A DNA stretch of 12,699 nt from Octopus sinensis (Eukaryota). The position numbers and the translations under genes were made by a program. Shown here piece by piece: positions 8,911 through 12,699 of the stretch. The stretch lies in the NCBI RefSeq assembly GCF_006345805.1, contig NW_021826526.1, positions 1-12,699 of the forward strand, written 5' to 3'. Each line of letters starts with the position of its first letter. Position 1 is the first letter of the stretch. The notes under the pieces were generated by a model. That model was not told the origin of the DNA, did no database searches, and saw only the letters and a program-made list of their open reading frames with translations.

Positions 8911-8957
8911 TATTTATATAGATATATGCGTGTGTGTGTATATATATATATATAACT

Positions 8958-9180
8958 ATTTTTCTCTTTTACTTGTTTCAGTCATTTGACTGGGGCCATG
9001 CTGGAGCACCGCCTTTAGTCGAGCAAATCGACCCCAGGACTTATTTTTTGTAAGCCTAGTACTTTTTCGATTGGTCTCTTTTACCGAACTGCTAAGTTAC
9101 GGGGAAGTAAACACACCAGCATCGCTTGTCAAGCGATGTTGGGGGACAAACACAGACATACAAGCATACACACATGCACA

Positions 9181-9234
<54 letters not shown>

Positions 9235-9381
9235 TACGACAGGTTTCTTTCCGTTTCCGTCTACCAAATCCACTCACGAGGCCTTGGTTGGCCTGAGGCT
9301 ATAGCAGAAGACACTTGCCTATGGTGCCACGCAGTGGAACCACGTGGTTGGTAAGCGAGCTACTTACCACACAGCCTCCTC

Positions 9382-9382
<1 letters not shown>
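8958..9382 (-). mobile_element. Full-length tRNA-derived composite SINE (Octopus-type) with an internal (CA)/(TA) microsatellite
   Basis: Minus strand: head GGCTGTGTGGTAAGTAGCTCGCTTACCAACCACGTGG, body GCACCATAGGCAAGTGTCTTCTGCTATAGCCTC...TTTGGTAGACGGAAAC, microsatellite at about 9160-9236, tail GGTGCTCCAGCATGGCCCCAGTCAAATGACTGAAACAAGTAAAAGAG. Matches a very abundant Octopus repeat as I recall it. Confidence 0.88.
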
Positions 9383-9384
<2 letters not shown>

Positions 9385-9441
<57 letters not shown>

Positions 9442-9705
9442 GTAAATGTATATATATATATATATATATACACATCATGCATATGTACATACATACTTAC
9501 ACACATATACATATATGTATATATATATACGTATACACATATACATATATACATTTATATTTTCATTCATATATGCATGTATGTATATATTTTCCCATAT
9601 GTGTATGACTATATGTAAGCATACAGAACACACTCACACACTCACACACTCACATATATATACATTCTTACATACAGGGTTACGCACGCACATATTCACA
9701 CACAT
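9385..9705. repeat. (TA)n followed by degenerate TACA/CA tract
   Basis: Seen directly. Confidence 0.95.
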
Positions 9706-9713
9706 ACAGAGCG

Positions 9714-9865
9714 TTTCATTTGGTTGGCATCATTGATGTTTCACTTGGGAGATTAATAAACATCATAATTATCATTTCTAAACTTTTACTGATCTATAAA
9801 AACAAATCTAGAATTGAGATGTGACAGAAGTGTGGAAAATTAACACATTTCAATATACATGCAGT
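9714..9865 (+). repeat. Dispersed repeat A, copy 2
   Basis: See 7233-7397; lacks about 9 nt present in copy 1 after GAGATTAAT. Confidence 0.9.
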
Positions 9866-9889
9866 CCTCTGCTGATGCCTGCATATTTT

Positions 9890-10080
9890 ATTGGTGTGTG
9901 TGCCTGGATATATATGTGTGTGTATATGTGTGTATATGTGTGCATGTATGTATATATATATATTTAGCTATATATGTATATTTATATATGCATTGTTGCA
10001 TATATGTACTTGTACTCGCACACAGGCGAGTACGAGGGCACAGACATATACGCACACTCGCATGCAAATAGATATTTACA
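9890..10080. repeat. Degenerate TG/TA/CA low-complexity tract
   Basis: Seen directly. Confidence 0.85.
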
Positions 10081-10401
10081 CAGAAAGAAAGAAAGCACCT
10101 GCGTCCTATTTAGTAGGTTTCCGAGACTGGTACCAAGATGTCTCACTTTTCAGTAATCAATTAAGAACATGATTGACTACGCAGCACGTCACCACAGTCC
10201 GCATTCACGACTAAGACATGAAAATGCCTACGATTGCTGCTGAAATCATGAGTCATATATTTGGAGTGCTTACGTAGCTATGTTATCAAGAGATTACACT
10301 CTCAACGGAGACCTGTTCCTGGTCCGATATCCAAGGGCCAAGCTGTTGTTAAGCCGATAGACACATTGATTCTGCCATCCAAAGGGAGGATCGATTCATT
10401 C

Positions 10402-10480
10402 GACAGGCTTCCGCACATTTTCCGTCTCACGAAATTCATTTACATGCGAACAATTGTAATTCAAGGAAACTAGTAGATAC
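10402..10480 (-). mobile_element. Old internal fragment of the SINE family at 8958-9382
   Basis: GACAGGCTTCCGCACATTTTCCGTCTCACGAAATTCATTTAC...TAGTAGATAC aligns to 9238-9313 (GACAGGTTTCTTTCCGTTTCCGTCTACCAAATCCACTCAC...TAGCAGAAGACAC). Confidence 0.55.
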
Positions 10481-10551
10481 AACAGCTGTTGATATTTAGC
10501 CACTGGTCAATCAACGCTGATCAAACAGACATGAGAACAAAGGCAACCTAG

Positions 10552-10577
10552 TTGTCGTCGTCGTCGTCGTTGTCGTC
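10552..10577. repeat. (GTC)n trinucleotide repeat
   Basis: Seen directly. Confidence 0.92.
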
Positions 10578-10699
10578 TCATCTTCCTCTGTCTTGTAGAG
10601 AACATGACTAAATAGTCTGATTTGCACATTTATTTTACAGCATGTTTCTAAGAAGAACTGAATTCAATATTTAGTAAGGTGAGAGATAAGGCTGACGCT

Positions 10700-11240
10700 C
10701 TCTCTTTCGCTTGGCAAACTGATTGTGATCTGAGCCGGCAAAATTTAAATTCTTAAAGTTTCTATATAATATTTCAGTATATTTATCTGCATTGAAGAAA
10801 GTTAATTTCTTTCCACGTAATGGGCATGGCGGAATGCACGCGACAAGCTTCAAAACATCTGACAAAGAACTAGTTCAATATCAAAAGGGCTGACTTTCTT
10901 TAAAGTATGTATAGAGAGCAATCTTTGTGGATCCGAAATCTGAATTATGAAGACAGGTCTCCAAGTTGTTTTAATGGTACAGTGACCAGACTTCTTATAC
11001 GCACTTAAACGCCTCAATGCGTGAGCGCAAGGCGTAAGAGGAGAATTATGGACATTTTCCACTCGACCCTATGGTGCCACTGCGATTGCGTTGAACAACA
11101 ACTTATATCAAACGTTATAGCTCAGAGATTCCTCATCTACTAAAGGACGAACACCGTTCTATTACAGTAATAATATTGTCAGCGACAAACTTCCAAGCTA
11201 ATCGGGGACAAAGATTCCCAGCGTTGGGTTGTGCAACCGC
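10700..11240 (+). mobile_element. Highly decayed 3' fragment of a second RTE-superfamily LINE (RTE/RTE-X-like)
   Basis: Plus-strand frames give, in order: WAWRNARDKLQNI*, FFKVCIESNLCGSEI*IM (10896-10949), FNGTVTRLLIR, LNASMRERKA*EENYGHFP, CHCDCVEQQLISNVI, KGRTPFYY, KLIGDKDSQRWVV. These match the recalled RTE series AW..CHKL..IW / FKACVESVLLYGSETW / DGTYTRLLR / LNxSWR..TNEELYG.LP / GHC / RGR.P..Y / LM.DRD.WR..V. Many frameshifts and stops; ends approximate. Confidence 0.75.
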
Positions 11241-11590
11241 TGGAGAAGAAAGAGTTCATGCTATAACATCCCTACAGTTTCACGCAGTGCAACCAACCCC
11301 GGAAAAATACATTGTGAAGCATTTTTTAAACCCTAGTTCCTTACCTGTAAAGGCCACCTATATTATAATATAAACAGTAATTTTTTTTAATATATCAACA
11401 TATTATAATAGCTTATTGTATTAATACTATACACTTTGACCATTTGGAACTTAGCGCTAGTTTCCAACTGTTTTTCTCATGAGTTTGTACGAGGCAAGCT
11501 ACCCTTTTTAACCAAGAGTACCAGTGCATTCCTCTGATGAGAACTAAGATTATAATGATCAGAGTTCCAAATCAGGTGAGAAGGACATAT

Positions 11591-11799
11591 CTGTTTACTT
11601 CATTCTGTGAGTTCATCTCACTATGGAAAGATACTCTAGCTTGCTCCCCCGCTTTCCGTCAATTCATGAGGTTAGTGCTCTGTGTGGCTATTTTGAGTCG
11701 TTTTGACTCTTATTTCTAGGGATTGCCGATACTGTTTTATAATCTTGTTTATTAACTTGCCGTTAGGTTTTAGTTGGTAACGAGCCGCCTATCTTATTT
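11591..11799 (+). repeat. Dispersed repeat B, copy 2
   Basis: See 8054-8256. Confidence 0.92.
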
Positions 11800-11971
11800 A
11801 TATATAATTTTTCAATACGAAGCAAATAATTCAGGAGAAAAAAATAAGTGACAGAAAAAATAATTTGACTCTGTTATTATCAAGTGTAACAATTTAAAAA
11901 TGATAAACAGAATCAATAATATAGGCGATTGCAGGCCCATAAAAATACATTAGATAGCTGAAGGATTAAAA

Positions 11972-12008
11972 TTAATCAAAGGACATACTTAGTATGTCCT
12001 CTGATTAA
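11972..12008. repeat. 37-bp palindrome with TTAA at both ends
   Basis: TTAATCAAAGGACATACT-T-AGTATGTCCTCTGATTAA: 18-bp arms with one mismatch; the inner 10-bp arms (11980-12000) are perfect. Confidence 0.92.
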
Positions 12009-12699
12009 ATATATTCGAGACTATACATTAAACGTAGTCCGTATTCTCAACAAAGTCTCTCTTTGTAACGATCTGCCAAAAATCAGTCTACTGTTTTTCT
12101 TTAAAATCAACTTTTCCGATTAAATTTAATTTCAAAACATGCGTTGCTGATATTGAGTTGTGTTTCTTGTTTTATTTGGTTGATTTACATGTTGTCAATA
12201 CTATTGAAAAGGTTGCAAGACGCAACGAAAATTTTAGAAAATAAAAGTAAGAAATAAGTGGCAATTTTACCGGTGAGTGTGTTAAATAATAAGGCACTAA
12301 AAGAGAATGACTCTCCCCAGACACAACAGAATATGCTTCAACACACGAACTCATATAAAGAGTCGTGCAAACCAAATCCAAAAACGAAGTATATGAATCA
12401 GTTGTACAGGAATTATCATCATACACTATATAAATGGAACGATTGGTAGATTCATTGACTCAGAACTGGCGCCCTACAGAGCGCAGCTTCCACTGTCATG
12501 TATTTTTCGATCATCTCAATGACTTGCCTATATCATTTGTTAGTATCAGACCCCTTGGCATTTTTTTCTATCTACTGTTCCTATGTTGATGGATAGAAGT
12601 ACGAAAATCCGCAAAATATATATGCAGCCCAACAGGACGGTCATGTAAACACAGGCAATAGCCAGTGTTTTCTGGGTAGCTCAGTATTGTGAGTGTGCT

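Noticed and set aside
9315-9608. PRSGTTWL, resembling a sulfotransferase PAPS-binding motif
   Set aside because: It lies wholly within the SINE head (created by the B-box deletion) and runs into a (TA)n tract; coincidence.
1691-10172. Numerous ORFs rich in VC, HT, YI or IY dipeptides
   Set aside because: They are translations of (TG)/(CA)/(TA)/(TACA) microsatellites, which lack stop codons in several frames.
10925-11005. IRNLN...CFNGTVTRL, resembling a PIF1/Helitron helicase motif
   Set aside because: Flanking motifs in neighbouring frames fit an RTE C-terminus much better, and no downstream helicase motifs are present.
10671-11062. Minus ORFs with Tc1-like NADKYTEIL and CR1-like LRRLSAYKKSG
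   Set aside because: They are the antisense of the plus-strand RTE relic; isolated look-alikes without supporting motifs.
1-12699. CRISPR array, operon, tRNA/rRNA gene or other prokaryotic system
   Set aside because: No regularly spaced repeats with unique spacers and no long ORFs. The tRNA-like boxes belong to SINE heads that do not complete a cloverleaf, and the sequence is eukaryotic repeat-rich DNA.

Overview
AT-rich, repeat-dominated eukaryotic DNA (intronic or intergenic), most likely from an octopus-type cephalopod. That assignment rests on my recall of abundant Octopus SINE families and is not database-verified. I can support no complete protein-coding gene, tRNA/rRNA, CRISPR array or prokaryotic feature. 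Most ORFs in the track are translations of TA/CA/TACA microsatellites or of repeats. Recognisable content: two decayed RTE-superfamily LINE 3' fragments (about 10-370 minus; about 10700-11240 plus), four pieces of tRNA-derived SINEs, a Penelope-like terminal element with a degenerate minimal hammerhead-ribozyme motif (2432-2467 minus), a 229-bp fold-back MITE (3661-3889), two pairs of dispersed direct repeats in the same order, an exact 85-bp duplication and a 37-bp TTAA-bounded palindrome. A few weak exon-like segments could belong to a host transcript, but I cannot identify it. The hammerhead-like motif is the most interesting signal; it fits a known class and is not a new system.
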